The notes under the pieces: generated by a model
What the model was told of the DNA's origin: nothing
The model's database searches: none
The model's input: only the letters and a program-made list of their open reading frames with translations
Origin: Patescibacteria group bacterium
Lineage (GTDB): Bacteria > Patescibacteriota > Microgenomatia > UBA8517
Direction: 5' to 3'
Assembly: GCA_041742135.1 (NCBI GenBank)
Contig: JBGSJG010000004.1
Span: forward strand, 111,975 to 169,772
DNA length: 57,798 bases
Shown here: positions 39,880 to 49,596 of the stretch, piece after piece
How positions within the stretch are numbered: position 1 is the stretch's first letter
How the letters are laid out: each line of letters begins with the position of its first letter
Made by a program: the position numbers and the translations under genes

Positions 39880-40977
39880 TTGTCAAAAACACAAAATAAT
39901 TCTCCAATGACGATGGGTGATTTACTGGCTAATTCTGGCCAGACCATCAAAGGCTTAACTCGTGGTGAAAAAGTCAAAGCGAAGCTTTTGCGTGTCTCGG
40001 AAAAATCAGCCGCATTTGATATTGGAGGCAAAAGCGAAGGCATTGTCTCAGAGCTTAACTTCATGGAAGCACGCAAATTAATTAATTCACTTGCCGTGGG
40101 GGATGAAATTACGGCAGTTGTTATGGAAGCTGAAAATCGAGACGGTGTGACACTTTTGTCCCTTCGTGGGGCAGCCCAAGATGATTTTTGGAAAAAGCTT
40201 AACAAAATTCAAAAAAGCGGTGAGACTTTGGAGGTTATGGTTAAGGCTGTTAACCCTCATGGTTTTGTAGTGGCCTTGGATGCCGAAACAGCATTCGTGC
40301 CTAGTTCTCAGCTTGGAGCTGTCTTGGCCAAAAAAGGCGAAGACGCAGTAGGAGCCAAAATTAAAGTAAAAGTAATTGATATTGATAAGGATAACTTGCG
40401 AATTGTATTATCCGAAAAAGCAGTTTCTGAAGCGGCAGAGATTGAAAAAATTGCCGGAGCTTTGGGCAATATTAAAGATGGCCAAAAATTTACAGGCAAA
40501 GTTACAACTATCACTGATTTTGGTGCATTCGTAGAAATTCGTGTTCCAGTTGATAAAAAGACAATAGCTATTGAAGGACTTGTCCACGTTTCGGAGCTTT
40601 CTTGGAATAAAGTTGGCAAACCCTCAGATGTGGTCTCAGTGGGGGATGAAGTGGAAGTAATTGTTTTGGGCATGGAGCGCGGCAAGCTTTCGCTTTCAAT
40701 GAAACAAGCAGGTAGCGATCCATGGGAAACCATTGATACTAAATATCATGCTGATGACAAAGTGTCTGGAAAAGTAATTAGAGTAAGCGATTTTGGAGTT
40801 TTTGTTGAACTTGAGCCTGGAATTGAAGGCCTTATCCACATTACCAAAATCCCACCAGCCACAACTCTTAAAGAAGGTCAGATGGTCAGTTGCTACGTTG
40901 AAGAAGTCAATAAAAAAGAATCCCGTTTAGCACTCGGCCTTATCATCACTACTTCAAAACCACTTGGCTACAAGTAA
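39880..40977 (+). CDS. rpsA: 30S ribosomal protein S1 (four S1 domains)
   Basis: Repeated S1 motifs (GKVTTITDFGAFVEI, GKVIRVSDFGVFVEL). TTG start ~10 nt after AAGGTGG. Confidence 0.9.
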   Translation: MSKTQNNSPMTMGDLLANSGQTIKGLTRGEKVKAKLLRVSEKSAAFDIGGKSEGIVSELNFMEARKLINSLAVGDEITAVVMEAENRDGVTLLSLRGAAQDDFWKKLNKIQKSGETLEVMVKAVNPHGFVVALDAETAFVPSSQLGAVLAKKGEDAVGAKIKVKVIDIDKDNLRIVLSEKAVSEAAEIEKIAGALGNIKDGQKFTGKVTTITDFGAFVEIRVPVDKKTIAIEGLVHVSELSWNKVGKPSDVVSVGDEVEVIVLGMERGKLSLSMKQAGSDPWETIDTKYHADDKVSGKVIRVSDFGVFVELEPGIEGLIHITKIPPATTLKEGQMVSCYVEEVNKKESRLALGLIITTSKPLGYK

Positions 40978-40991
40978 GGTATAATAATTTA

Positions 40992-41423
40992 ATGAAACGT
41001 GGCTTCACTTTTATCGAAGTATTGGTCGTGGTTGTAATTATTGGCGTTTTAGTAGCTATTGTGGGGTTTAGTCTTTCTGGAGCAAAAGCCAATGCAGAGG
41101 ACAACGCAAGGCGCGCAGATTTGGCCAAAATCGCTTCTGGGCTTGCGAAGTATCGCTCGGATTGTGGTCATTTTCCGGCTTCAGTTACATTTGGAAGCTC
41201 GTTAGTTGGGGATGATTCGTCTGCAAGCTGTGATGACATCACTAATATTTATCTTAATCCCGTGCCTCAAGATCCAGATTCAGGAAGATCATATGATTAT
41301 GTCCGAATCGGGCAAGGTTACTTTGTGTGTGCTTCTTTAGCGGGGGGTGGTAGCGATGTTGCCGCGGGTTGTGGTGGGTTGTCGTGTGGTAACGGAGTTT
41401 GTAATTACTCAGTAAAACCATAG
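40992..41423 (+). CDS. Type IV pilin / pseudopilin with an N-terminal methylation motif
   Basis: MKRG|FTFIEVLVVVVIIGVL is a class III signal peptide. Confidence 0.85.
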   Translation: MKRGFTFIEVLVVVVIIGVLVAIVGFSLSGAKANAEDNARRADLAKIASGLAKYRSDCGHFPASVTFGSSLVGDDSSASCDDITNIYLNPVPQDPDSGRSYDYVRIGQGYFVCASLAGGGSDVAAGCGGLSCGNGVCNYSVKP

Positions 41424-41425
41424 CA

Positions 41426-41797
41426 ATGGGCGAAAGGTTGCCTGATGCTGTTACGAAAGTCGCTTCATTTTGGCGAGATTATTCTTCATTAATTGATGAT
41501 GGTTTTGTGGTTGTCGATTCAAGTAACGCTCGAAAAATGCAACCTGTTATAAGTTTGTTTTCTTCAAGTTTTCCTGCTCGGAAGATGCGAGGACCTCTTG
41601 TCTGTCACTATTTGCCACAAAAGGACGGACTTCGTGTGTTACTGGCCGATGCCAGCCGTGTCGAATTACGAGTTCACAACACTGAACCTGAGCTGGATGT
41701 TGCCGCTCTAATAGGAGAAGGCTTTGAGGACATAACAAGCTTTGTTCTTAATGATGAACCGCTCACAAAGCATGTTTTTGTTCGTAAGCAGTATTGA
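41426..41797 (+). CDS. Hypothetical protein
   Basis: 123-aa ORF, 2 nt after the pilin stop. Confidence 0.5.
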   Translation: MGERLPDAVTKVASFWRDYSSLIDDGFVVVDSSNARKMQPVISLFSSSFPARKMRGPLVCHYLPQKDGLRVLLADASRVELRVHNTEPELDVAALIGEGFEDITSFVLNDEPLTKHVFVRKQY

Positions 41798-41808
41798 TAT
41801 AATGCCTC

Positions 41809-43119
41809 ATGGTGAATAAGATCCAATTTGTATGTAAAGAGTGCGGACATGAGTCAGCCAAGTGGTTGGGGCGTTGCCCCAACTGTAACGCATGGGCAAG
41901 TTTTGTTGAATTTTCGGAAAGTAAGGGCCCAAAATCTAAAAACAAAGTCGAAGCAAAAAAGACTTCATACTTAAGTGAAATAACCGAAAAAAGGGCTCAA
42001 TACACATCGACAACAATCGATGAATTGGACAATGTTCTCGGTGGTGGCTTGGTTAGCGGGCAAGTTGTCTTAATTGCCGGCGAGCCCGGGATTGGTAAGT
42101 CAACACTCCTATTGGCCTTGGTCAACGGTATGGGAGCCTCGATTTATGTATCGGGCGAAGAGTCGGTAAACCAGATTAAGCTTCGCGCCTCTCGGATGGG
42201 AGTAGCGGCTTCGGCTGTGGCATTTTTGGATGAAACAGACATAGATGTTGTTATTGCCACCTTGGAAGCTGAAGCTAAAAGAATCGATTTTAAGGTAATA
42301 GTTATAGATTCCGTACAGACAATGTACACAGATGATCTTGGTGGTGTTCCGGGGTCTGTGGGCCAAGTAAAATCAGTCACTTTCAAACTTATTGAGTTTT
42401 CCAAGCGCGCAGGTATTCCTGTGGTACTTGTCGGCCATGTCACTAAAGACGGAACTGTTGCGGGGCCTTCTACTTTGGCTCATATGGTGGACACTGTTTT
42501 ATGGCTTGAAGGCGATAAACTTAGTCCACTTCGAATTCTTCGGTCAATTAAAAACCGCTTTGGGGCAACTGACGAGGTGGGGATCTTCCAGATGCAAAAT
42601 GCAGGGCTAATTAGCGCCAAAGATGCCGAGTCAATATTTCTCGATCTTGCCCGTAAAGACGTTCCCGGGTCGGCCTTAAGCTGCATCATGGAGGGGACAA
42701 GGCCCATACTGGTGGAGATCCAAGCGCTTGTGGTGCCCACTAAGCTGGCAATGCCCCGAAGGGTTGTGCATGGAATTGACCCTAAAAAGCTTGAGCTTAT
42801 TATCGCGGTCTTGGCGCGCTACTCGGGCTTAAAATTGTATGAGCGAGACGTATTCGTGAACGTTGCTGGTGGGATTAAAACTCGCGAGCCCGGCATTGAC
42901 CTAGCCGTCGCTTTCGCGATTGCTTCATCATACAAAGACAAGCCACTTCCGGCCAAGTCGATTGTCGTAGGAGAGCTGGGCCTTTTAGGTGAGATTCGTG
43001 AAAGTAGGGAAGAGGCCAAAAGAATCAAGCGTGCGGCAAAGCAAGGAATAACTAATAGTATAACGGCAGGCAAATATAGGTATATTCGTGACGCGATCCT
43101 TAGCTGCTTCAAAAATTAG
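41809..43119 (+). CDS. radA: DNA repair protein RadA/Sms
   Basis: Zn finger CKECGHESAKWLGRCPNCNAW, Walker A GEPGIGKST, KNRFG, and a Lon-like C-terminus. Confidence 0.9.
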   Translation: MVNKIQFVCKECGHESAKWLGRCPNCNAWASFVEFSESKGPKSKNKVEAKKTSYLSEITEKRAQYTSTTIDELDNVLGGGLVSGQVVLIAGEPGIGKSTLLLALVNGMGASIYVSGEESVNQIKLRASRMGVAASAVAFLDETDIDVVIATLEAEAKRIDFKVIVIDSVQTMYTDDLGGVPGSVGQVKSVTFKLIEFSKRAGIPVVLVGHVTKDGTVAGPSTLAHMVDTVLWLEGDKLSPLRILRSIKNRFGATDEVGIFQMQNAGLISAKDAESIFLDLARKDVPGSALSCIMEGTRPILVEIQALVVPTKLAMPRRVVHGIDPKKLELIIAVLARYSGLKLYERDVFVNVAGGIKTREPGIDLAVAFAIASSYKDKPLPAKSIVVGELGLLGEIRESREEAKRIKRAAKQGITNSITAGKYRYIRDAILSCFKN

Positions 43120-43227
43120 TTATCCACAATTTTTAGGTGACCCGAATTTAATAAGTAGATTAAACTCATTTTTTTATTTAGCATTTACTATAAGATATTG
43201 CGAATTGGATTTGTCGTATTATAGGAT

Positions 43228-43256
43228 TTGACAGAGGATATTGGCGGTGTTATATT
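43228..43256 (+). promoter_or_regulatory. Consensus-like sigma70 promoter in the radA-LPXTG intergenic region
   Basis: TTGACA (43228-33), a 17-nt spacer, TATATT (43251-56). Confidence 0.5.
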
Positions 43257-43261
43257 CAAGA

Positions 43262-43340
43262 TGCATAAAAAAAAGAGCATCACTATCGATTGTTTTTCTC
43301 GCGTAACGAGAAAACTCCACGAATAGCAATGCTCTTTTTA
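43262..43340 (+). ncRNA. Candidate ~80-nt small RNA (promoter plus nested hairpin plus T-run)
   Basis: The outer stem aaaaagagcat/atgctcttttt (43270-80 / 43329-39) encloses the hairpin ttttctcg-cgtaa-cgagaaaa. It could equally be a bidirectional terminator. Confidence 0.3.
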
Positions 43341-43442
43341 GAAAAATCATTAATTATCTCAAAGACAGGCAAACTGAGATAATAAATGTAAGTCTAAGAC
43401 TAGCCATGTGTACCATGGTTTGTCAAGAGGTGTCTTTGGTTT

Positions 43443-43499
43443 GTGCCTTAAAGGGACGGGTGGTATGTAGGGCAGGCGTACTACCCGTTCCTTTAGGGC
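43443..43499 (+). other. 20-bp RNA hairpin with three G.U pairs (plus-strand specific)
   Basis: tgccttaaagggacgggtgg pairs with ctacccgttcctttagggca. All 3 non-Watson-Crick positions are G.U on the plus strand and would be A.C on the minus strand. Confidence 0.5.
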
Positions 43500-43567
43500 A
43501 TAGTTATTCTTCTTTACAAAATCTGCTCGTGTGATATACTATCCAATTTCCTACAGAAGGTAGATTT

Positions 43568-44140
43568 ATGAAAACAACAATCAGTTTACTAACAATATCA
43601 GTAGTAAGTTTACTTTTAAGCGGCAGTGTGTCCGCTCAATCAAGCGGAGGCACTTGGTCTCAGTGTGTTGATGGCCGAGCAATTGCTCGATGCGAAACTT
43701 ACAACTGTCCTCAAGGTGACACCAACGATGATGGTAAATGTACTCTGAGCGATACAAACGCCAGACTCACAGATTCCAGAAATGATTCTTTTTGTGCAAA
43801 CCCAATTTCTGGCTGTGGTCAGGTAATTTACTATCCAAGTGGCTCAAGCGCTTCATGCTTGGAGCGGCCTGAAGAAGCTGGGCTTAACTGTGATTTGTAC
43901 GCGGTCGCAGAGCCGAACTTTACGCCGGGAGCAACATCCACACCAAGAGCGACGGCAAGCGCCACACCTACAGCACGCCCTACAGCAACAGCCTCAGCAA
44001 CTCCAAAGTCTGGAATTGGCGGAGCAGGGGGAGACAACGAGCTACCTAAAACCGGGCCTGAAGATTATCTTCCAGTATTTGCAGTTCTTTCTTTGGGGGC
44101 ACTCGGAATCTTTCTCTACGAAAAATATAAAGTAGTTTAA
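43568..44140 (+). CDS. Secreted Cys-rich protein with an LPXTG cell-wall sorting signal
   Basis: Signal peptide, then C-terminal LPKTG, a hydrophobic helix and a KYK tail. Confidence 0.85.
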   Translation: MKTTISLLTISVVSLLLSGSVSAQSSGGTWSQCVDGRAIARCETYNCPQGDTNDDGKCTLSDTNARLTDSRNDSFCANPISGCGQVIYYPSGSSASCLERPEEAGLNCDLYAVAEPNFTPGATSTPRATASATPTARPTATASATPKSGIGGAGGDNELPKTGPEDYLPVFAVLSLGALGIFLYEKYKVV

Positions 44141-44141
44141 T

Positions 44142-44858
44142 ATGCGGCCTCACGGGACGGTCTATAGATCCACGGCGACAGAGACACACGGTTCACTTCC
44201 GATTGCGCTTACAAAAAAGCAAAAGAAACGATTCAAATTCATAAGCTTTTTGGGGTCAAATTTTTCCAGCCTTGCTTTGGCGTTTGTGGTCTTTTTTTAC
44301 GGCCCACAGTTTGAAATGGATCTAAATTATCAAGCTGGGCTGGCTCATGTAGAGGCGCAGGAAATCGAAGAAAAATTAGCTCAAGCTCCTGAGGTGTTCA
44401 CTGCCAATATTCAAAATGAAAAAAGCGACGAGTTTGCTATTTCAATTCCAGCAATTGGTGCTAGTGCTCAAGTGATTGCCGATGTCGACCCATACTCTGA
44501 AGAAGAATATAAAATTGCCCTTCGAGAAGGGATTGCCCACGCCAAAGGAACAGCGCGCCCCGGGGATGGAGGCCGAGTTTATTTATTTGCCCATTCAACA
44601 AGCTCTCCGACTTATTTTTCAGAATACAACGCTGTTTTTTATCAGCTGCGCTTGCTTTCAGCAGGCGACATGATTTTTGTTAATCACGAAGGCAAGGCGC
44701 ATTTATACAGGGTAACTGAGAAAGTTATTGTCGAAGCTTCTGATACTCACTGGTTAACTGAAACCGCAAGTGAGGAAGAGCTGGTGCTTCAAACCTGTGA
44801 TCCACCAGGAACCATTGACCGCAGACTTCTGGTGATTGCCAGGCCTCTCGAGGTATAA
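44142..44858 (+). CDS. Sortase (transpeptidase)
   Basis: N-terminal TM, LFAHS (catalytic His), LVLQTCDP (Cys), LLVIARP (Arg). Starts 1 nt after its likely substrate gene. Confidence 0.85.
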   Translation: MRPHGTVYRSTATETHGSLPIALTKKQKKRFKFISFLGSNFSSLALAFVVFFYGPQFEMDLNYQAGLAHVEAQEIEEKLAQAPEVFTANIQNEKSDEFAISIPAIGASAQVIADVDPYSEEEYKIALREGIAHAKGTARPGDGGRVYLFAHSTSSPTYFSEYNAVFYQLRLLSAGDMIFVNHEGKAHLYRVTEKVIVEASDTHWLTETASEEELVLQTCDPPGTIDRRLLVIARPLEV

Positions 44859-44867
44859 TGCCGGCAA

Positions 44868-45710
44868 ATGCCGGAGCAAGGCCGCGGCTTAAGTCGCAAG
44901 GATTTTTTAAAAGCATTGGGGCTTGGGAGCATTGCAACTGGGCTGGGACTGATTTTTGAGCATGCGTATAATTATGTCCCGTCGGTATCGGATCGGTATT
45001 TTTCCGCTGACTTGAATGGACTAATAGAAGATCGTGATTTTGTTAAGAACGGTTATGGGCTCGAAATTTACACTTCCGTTCCTCCTCTTGCTCAAAGAGA
45101 GATAACTGGGACAGCGCCTTCGAATCAGGAATTGTCAGTTAGCCTTCGTGAGATTAGGTCCGCTGTGAGTAAGTATCCTTTAAATTATTTTATGAACAAC
45201 GGGATTAGGGGGGTGTCTGTGATGGCGGGGCTTAAAAACGGAGGAGTTGGTTTCGCCGGGATTGCTCTTCGGTCTGGGATTGTCGCTATTAGCCCGATGG
45301 GGCCTCTTGGGAGGCTACACCACGAGTTTTATCATTTAACAGACGAAGGGGGACTGGTGCAAGGCCTTGATTCGTGGTTGAGAAACTCTCGGTGGGAAGG
45401 TATGTTCGGTTGTAAGTGTGAATACGATCAAGATAGGACTGACCTCGGGATTTACGTAACTTCGTTGGGAGCGATTCATCCAAGGGAGGATAGAGCTGAA
45501 ATTGCAAGATTTTTGATGGAACCTGAGTTTCACAGGTCGCTCGTTGATTCTTTGTCAGCTTTAGACTCGCGTGCACAGGAGGAGTTGGTGTTAAAAATTG
45601 CAGAGATAAAAGAGCATTACGCGTTGTGGAGTGATGGAAGAATGGACGAGCAGTATTGGACTGACCTGAGGAATGGTTTGGTGGGTGAGGATTATTGGAA
45701 AGATCGCTAA
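44868..45710 (+). CDS. Putative Tat-exported HExxH protein
   Basis: LSRKDFLKALGLGSIATGL is an RK variant of the twin-arginine motif. HHEFYH contains HExxH. Confidence 0.55.
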   Translation: MPEQGRGLSRKDFLKALGLGSIATGLGLIFEHAYNYVPSVSDRYFSADLNGLIEDRDFVKNGYGLEIYTSVPPLAQREITGTAPSNQELSVSLREIRSAVSKYPLNYFMNNGIRGVSVMAGLKNGGVGFAGIALRSGIVAISPMGPLGRLHHEFYHLTDEGGLVQGLDSWLRNSRWEGMFGCKCEYDQDRTDLGIYVTSLGAIHPREDRAEIARFLMEPEFHRSLVDSLSALDSRAQEELVLKIAEIKEHYALWSDGRMDEQYWTDLRNGLVGEDYWKDR

Positions 45711-45782
45711 TATCTGTTGACAAGTGATTCTGTCATGTTAAAATACATTAGCTTCGAAATTGTTCCGAATATTTAAAATTAA

Positions 45783-46964
45783 ATGACCGCGCAAGATGAT
45801 TCACTGGTAGTTGACGATCGTATCCTTCCTGATTCTGGCCTCCCAACCGAACAGGTTGAAGGAGTACTGGATGTTGCAAATGAAGGCTCAGGGCTTCTTC
45901 GCCCAACTTTTACTTCAAGTGATCACGATGTTTACATTTCTTCATCTCAAATTCGAAGATTCAATTTAATGACAGGAGACTTGGTCAATGGCTTGGCTCG
46001 AAGGCCTAAAGATAACGAGCGTTATTGGGGTCTTTTGAAAGTTGAAAAGGTTAACGGCAAAGATCCTTCTGAAACTGGTGAGCGTGCTGAATTTGAGAAC
46101 CTTTTGGCGATTTATCCTGATAGACAAATTATGCTTTCAACAGGCAAGGAACCAATGACAACCCGCGTTATGGATTTGATTTCTCCTATTGGATTTGGCC
46201 AAAGAGGGCTTATTGTTTCGCCTCCGAAGGCTGGAAAAACTTGGCTTATTAAAGACATCATCACTGGAATTGGAAAGAACCATCCAGAAGTGGTTTTGAT
46301 GGCGGTGCTTATTGGAGAGCGCCCCGAGGAAGTAACAGATATCAAACGCCATATGGAGAAGTCCACAGAAGGCAAGGGGATAGTCGCCGCATCGAACTTT
46401 GATGAAGACCCGGAAGATCAGACACGCGTGGGGGAGCTTGCTCTTGAGAGAGCCAAGCGCTTGGTAGAAGCTGGCCACGACGTTGTAATAGTGCTTGATT
46501 CTATAACTCGTATGGCACGCGCATACAATTTGGCTCTTCCCACAAGTGGAAGAACCTTAACTGGTGGTTTTGATCCAGCGGCTTTGCAACCTGCTAAGAA
46601 ATTCTTTGGAGCTGCACGCAATATTGAAAATGGTGGATCGCTTACAATTATTGGAACTTGTTTGGTTGAGACCGGCTCGCGCATGGATGACTTGATTTAT
46701 GAGGAGTTTAAAGGCACTGGGAATCTGGAACTTCATATGACCCGCAAACTTGCGGAAAGAAGAATCTTCCCAGCTATTGATGTCACGAGATCCGGGACGC
46801 GCCAGGAAGAGCTTTTGTATGGTGAGGAAAATCTCAAAAAAGTTCATACACTTCGCCGCATGCTTGAAATGGTCCATGAAGATGAGCGAACCGAGACACT
46901 CTTGGAACGCTTAAGCAAAACCGAGACCAACCAAGACTTCCTAGATAGCCTCAAAACTGTCTAA
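45783..46964 (+). CDS. rho: Transcription termination factor Rho
   Basis: RNA-binding GLLRP...DVYISSSQIRRFNLMTGD, Walker A PPKAGKT, and RIFPAIDVTRSGTR. Confidence 0.9.
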   Translation: MTAQDDSLVVDDRILPDSGLPTEQVEGVLDVANEGSGLLRPTFTSSDHDVYISSSQIRRFNLMTGDLVNGLARRPKDNERYWGLLKVEKVNGKDPSETGERAEFENLLAIYPDRQIMLSTGKEPMTTRVMDLISPIGFGQRGLIVSPPKAGKTWLIKDIITGIGKNHPEVVLMAVLIGERPEEVTDIKRHMEKSTEGKGIVAASNFDEDPEDQTRVGELALERAKRLVEAGHDVVIVLDSITRMARAYNLALPTSGRTLTGGFDPAALQPAKKFFGAARNIENGGSLTIIGTCLVETGSRMDDLIYEEFKGTGNLELHMTRKLAERRIFPAIDVTRSGTRQEELLYGEENLKKVHTLRRMLEMVHEDERTETLLERLSKTETNQDFLDSLKTV

Positions 46965-47011
46965 ATTTAACTTGCTTTGAACTTCTTTGTGTGCTAAGTT
47001 AAATCCTACAG

Positions 47012-48160
47012 ATGGACACACTTGGGTACAAACGTATCGCAAGACATCAACACTCTTCCAAGTTACGCAAAAACTTTTTATTACTTTCGAGTGATTTGAA
47101 GCTTTTTAGCCGTGAGCTAATTTCTTTTTTGGCAGGGACTTCTAAAGTTGCGGTGGTGAAATTTGCAACTGGCAAAGACTTCGCTGTAACTTCACTTTAT
47201 ACACAGAGAGGCAAGCTTTCTAAGCGCTTGATGCATTCAGGGATGGCGGGAATTGCGGCTTTTGGTGTGATGGTGGCACCTATTGTGGCGGAGGAATTTC
47301 CAGGCACTGGGCTTGATCCTTGGGAAGCTCCATCTCCATCTCAGGTATTGTCTGCTTCGGATTCCGAGATGACGGAAACGCTGATCGCGGAGCATGATTA
47401 CCGGGACCGAATCATCGATTATGAAGTCCGAGAGGGAGACACCGTTTCTACGATAGCCGAGAAGTTTGGAGTGACGATTGACACCATTCGTTGGCAAAAT
47501 AATCTACTTAGTCGAGATGCGATAAAAATCGGCCAAACTTTGGAAATTCTTCCGCTGTCCGGTGTATCGCATAAAGTGAAAAAAGGTGACACGGTTTATT
47601 CTGTAGCTAAAAAATACGACGTTGATGCCCAGGCTATCGTCAATTACCCCTTTAACGTATTCGTGAATGATGAAACTTTCGAGCTTGCTATTGGCCAAGT
47701 TCTTATTGTCCCCGGCGGAGTTAAGCCTGAGGAAGTTCAGTGGTCGCCAACTGCTCGAGTCCGCCAGACTACACCAGATGCGGGAACTGTAGTTGCTTCT
47801 GGGCAATTTGTCTGGCCGGCACAAGGAAGCATCACTCAATACTTTGCTTGGTACCACAAGGGCTTGGATATCGCCAACCGTGCAGCACCACCAATCTTGG
47901 CTGCGGACTCCGGTACCGTTGTGGTTGCTGGCTGGATGGACAATTATGGTTATGGAAATCGTGTGATTATAGATCACGGAAACGGCACACGAACGCTTTA
48001 TGCTCATATGTCGCGTATTTATGTAAACGTTGGCCAGACTGTTAATCGAGGGGACTCAATTGGCCAAATGGGCTCTACTGGTCGCTCGACAGGAACACAT
48101 CTTCACTTTGAGGTTATCCAGGGTGGATCAAATATCAATCCGCTTTCGGTTCTTCGCTAA
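47012..48160 (+). CDS. LysM-domain M23 peptidoglycan endopeptidase
   Basis: Two LysM repeats (YEVREGDTVSTIAEKFGV, HKVKKGDTVYSVAKKYDV) and the M23 motifs HKGLD and GTHLHFEV. Confidence 0.9.
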   Translation: MDTLGYKRIARHQHSSKLRKNFLLLSSDLKLFSRELISFLAGTSKVAVVKFATGKDFAVTSLYTQRGKLSKRLMHSGMAGIAAFGVMVAPIVAEEFPGTGLDPWEAPSPSQVLSASDSEMTETLIAEHDYRDRIIDYEVREGDTVSTIAEKFGVTIDTIRWQNNLLSRDAIKIGQTLEILPLSGVSHKVKKGDTVYSVAKKYDVDAQAIVNYPFNVFVNDETFELAIGQVLIVPGGVKPEEVQWSPTARVRQTTPDAGTVVASGQFVWPAQGSITQYFAWYHKGLDIANRAAPPILAADSGTVVVAGWMDNYGYGNRVIIDHGNGTRTLYAHMSRIYVNVGQTVNRGDSIGQMGSTGRSTGTHLHFEVIQGGSNINPLSVLR

Positions 48161-48921
48161 GCTATTGCAACCAACTTGCTTCTTCTGTGGTTTGAAATCC
48201 GAGTAAGAATCAGAACTGTCTCAAATAGAACAAGAAGTGGAAGGGCGCAAAGTACGTCAGCGAGAATCGAGTCCATTGGTAATAAAATAACAAAGAAAAA
48301 TGAACCTAGATAAATCCATGCGCGGCTTTTCCGTAACATTTCTTCTTTGATAAGCCCCACCTTTACAAGTAAGTAAAGAACTATTGGGATTTGAAAACTG
48401 ACCCCCATAAAAACGGCTGTAAGAAGTACGGTGTTGAGAAGCTTGCTAACATCTAAAATGTTACCTATCCCCAAAGAGATCGATCTTGCCAAAAATATTT
48501 CTATCTGCCACTTCATTACCCAGCCGCCAAATGCAAAGCCGGCGATAAAAAGCATGATTGAAAAAAGCAGCAAATTTACAAGCGCTTTAAATTCTTTTAT
48601 TTTAAGCGCAGGTCTTAAAAATGACAAAATCTGGGCAATAATTAGCGGAAGAGTAAGGGTAAGCCCGCATGCCACGCCGCAGCCCACTGCAAGATTGATA
48701 AACTGAAAAGGGGAAGTAAAAACAATATTCACTCCTTCAAGACTTAGAGTTTGAATAAGAAACCTAATTATTTGCTCGTAAAACACAAAACCAGAAATTG
48801 ATGCGATAGCAAAAACTAAGAGGGTAAGCAGAATTCTCTTGCGAACTTCAGAGATAAAATGGGTGTATTGATTTACTAACTTCTCCCAATCAGAAGACGT
48901 CAAAGGCTTTATTTGTTCCAC
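48157..48921 (-). CDS. tatC: Twin-arginine translocase subunit TatC
   Basis: HFISEVRKRIL (HLxELRxR-like), six TM helices, FLRPALKIKE loop. Confidence 0.85.
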   Translation of the reverse strand: MEQIKPLTSSDWEKLVNQYTHFISEVRKRILLTLLVFAIASISGFVFYEQIIRFLIQTLSLEGVNIVFTSPFQFINLAVGCGVACGLTLTLPLIIAQILSFLRPALKIKEFKALVNLLLFSIMLFIAGFAFGGWVMKWQIEIFLARSISLGIGNILDVSKLLNTVLLTAVFMGVSFQIPIVLYLLVKVGLIKEEMLRKSRAWIYLGSFFFVILLPMDSILADVLCALPLLVLFETVLILTRISNHRRSKLVAIA

Positions 48922-48948
48922 TGCACCATCATTCTAGCAAATCGAAGC

Positions 48949-49110
48949 TTAATCTTCCTTGGTCTCGTCCGTGTCTTTGGCTGATTTTTTAAATTCACGA
49001 ACAGCCTCTCCAAGACCTTTAAAGAATTCCGGAATTTTTTTACCACCGAATAAAAGAAGTATTATGAGGCCAACAACTAGAAGTTCAGTTGTTCCGATTG
49101 ATTGCAACAT
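48949..49110 (-). CDS. tatA: Twin-arginine translocase subunit TatA/E (53 aa, below the ORF-track cutoff)
   Basis: My own translation: [53 protein letters not shown]. Confidence 0.8.
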   Translation of the reverse strand: MLQSIGTTELLVVGLIILLLFGGKKIPEFFKGLGEAVREFKKSAKDTDETKED

Positions 49111-49112
49111 GG

Positions 49113-49328
49113 TTAATCAGACGCCTTTTTCTCAGATGTGTCGTCGCTTACAGTTTCTGAAACAGCATCAGTAAATGTCTTTTTAACCTGCTTTATTTCT
49201 TTGAGTGTTTCGCCGCTTGTACGAGCCAAGCGAGTAACAACTTTGCTACCAAAAAACAAAACCAAGATCAAAGCAATAATGATCATCTCGGTCGGACCAA
49301 TATTTTTAATAAAATTAAGTATTTGCAT
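49113..49328 (-). CDS. tatA: Twin-arginine translocase subunit TatA/E, second paralogue
   Basis: [36 protein letters not shown] fits the TatA hinge and amphipathic helix. Confidence 0.75.
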   Translation of the reverse strand: MQILNFIKNIGPTEMIIIALILVLFFGSKVVTRLARTSGETLKEIKQVKKTFTDAVSETVSDDTSEKKASD

Positions 49329-49376
49329 CTGGTGACATATTACAACTCCGAAAAATAAAATACAATAGGTAATGTG

Positions 49377-49577
49377 TTACTCCTCCACCATTTGAGCGCT
49401 AAACCAAGCGGCTCCATCCCAATATTCCAAGCTTTTTGTATCTGAGTTAAAACCAAATCTGCCTCGCTTGGCTGTTTTTGGTCGCTTTGAACTCGTCCAG
49501 GTTTCAATTGCGGGCAAGCCAGCCATTAACGAAAGACCATGCCCAATGTCTACGAGTAACTGATTGTGGTTCGACAT
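49377..49577 (-). CDS. 66-aa protein homologous to the C-terminal module of the giant protein
   Basis: IETWTSSKRPKTAKRGRFGFNSDTKSLEYWDGAAW aligns with [35 protein letters not shown] (about 20 of 38 identical). Confidence 0.65.
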   Translation of the reverse strand: MSNHNQLLVDIGHGLSLMAGLPAIETWTSSKRPKTAKRGRFGFNSDTKSLEYWDGAAWFSAQMVEE

Positions 49578-49596
49578 AAATCACTGCCATTATAAC

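Noticed and set aside
39750-40205. 151-aa minus-strand ORF overlapping the 5S gene and the start of rpsA
   Set aside because: It is antisense to two well-supported genes.
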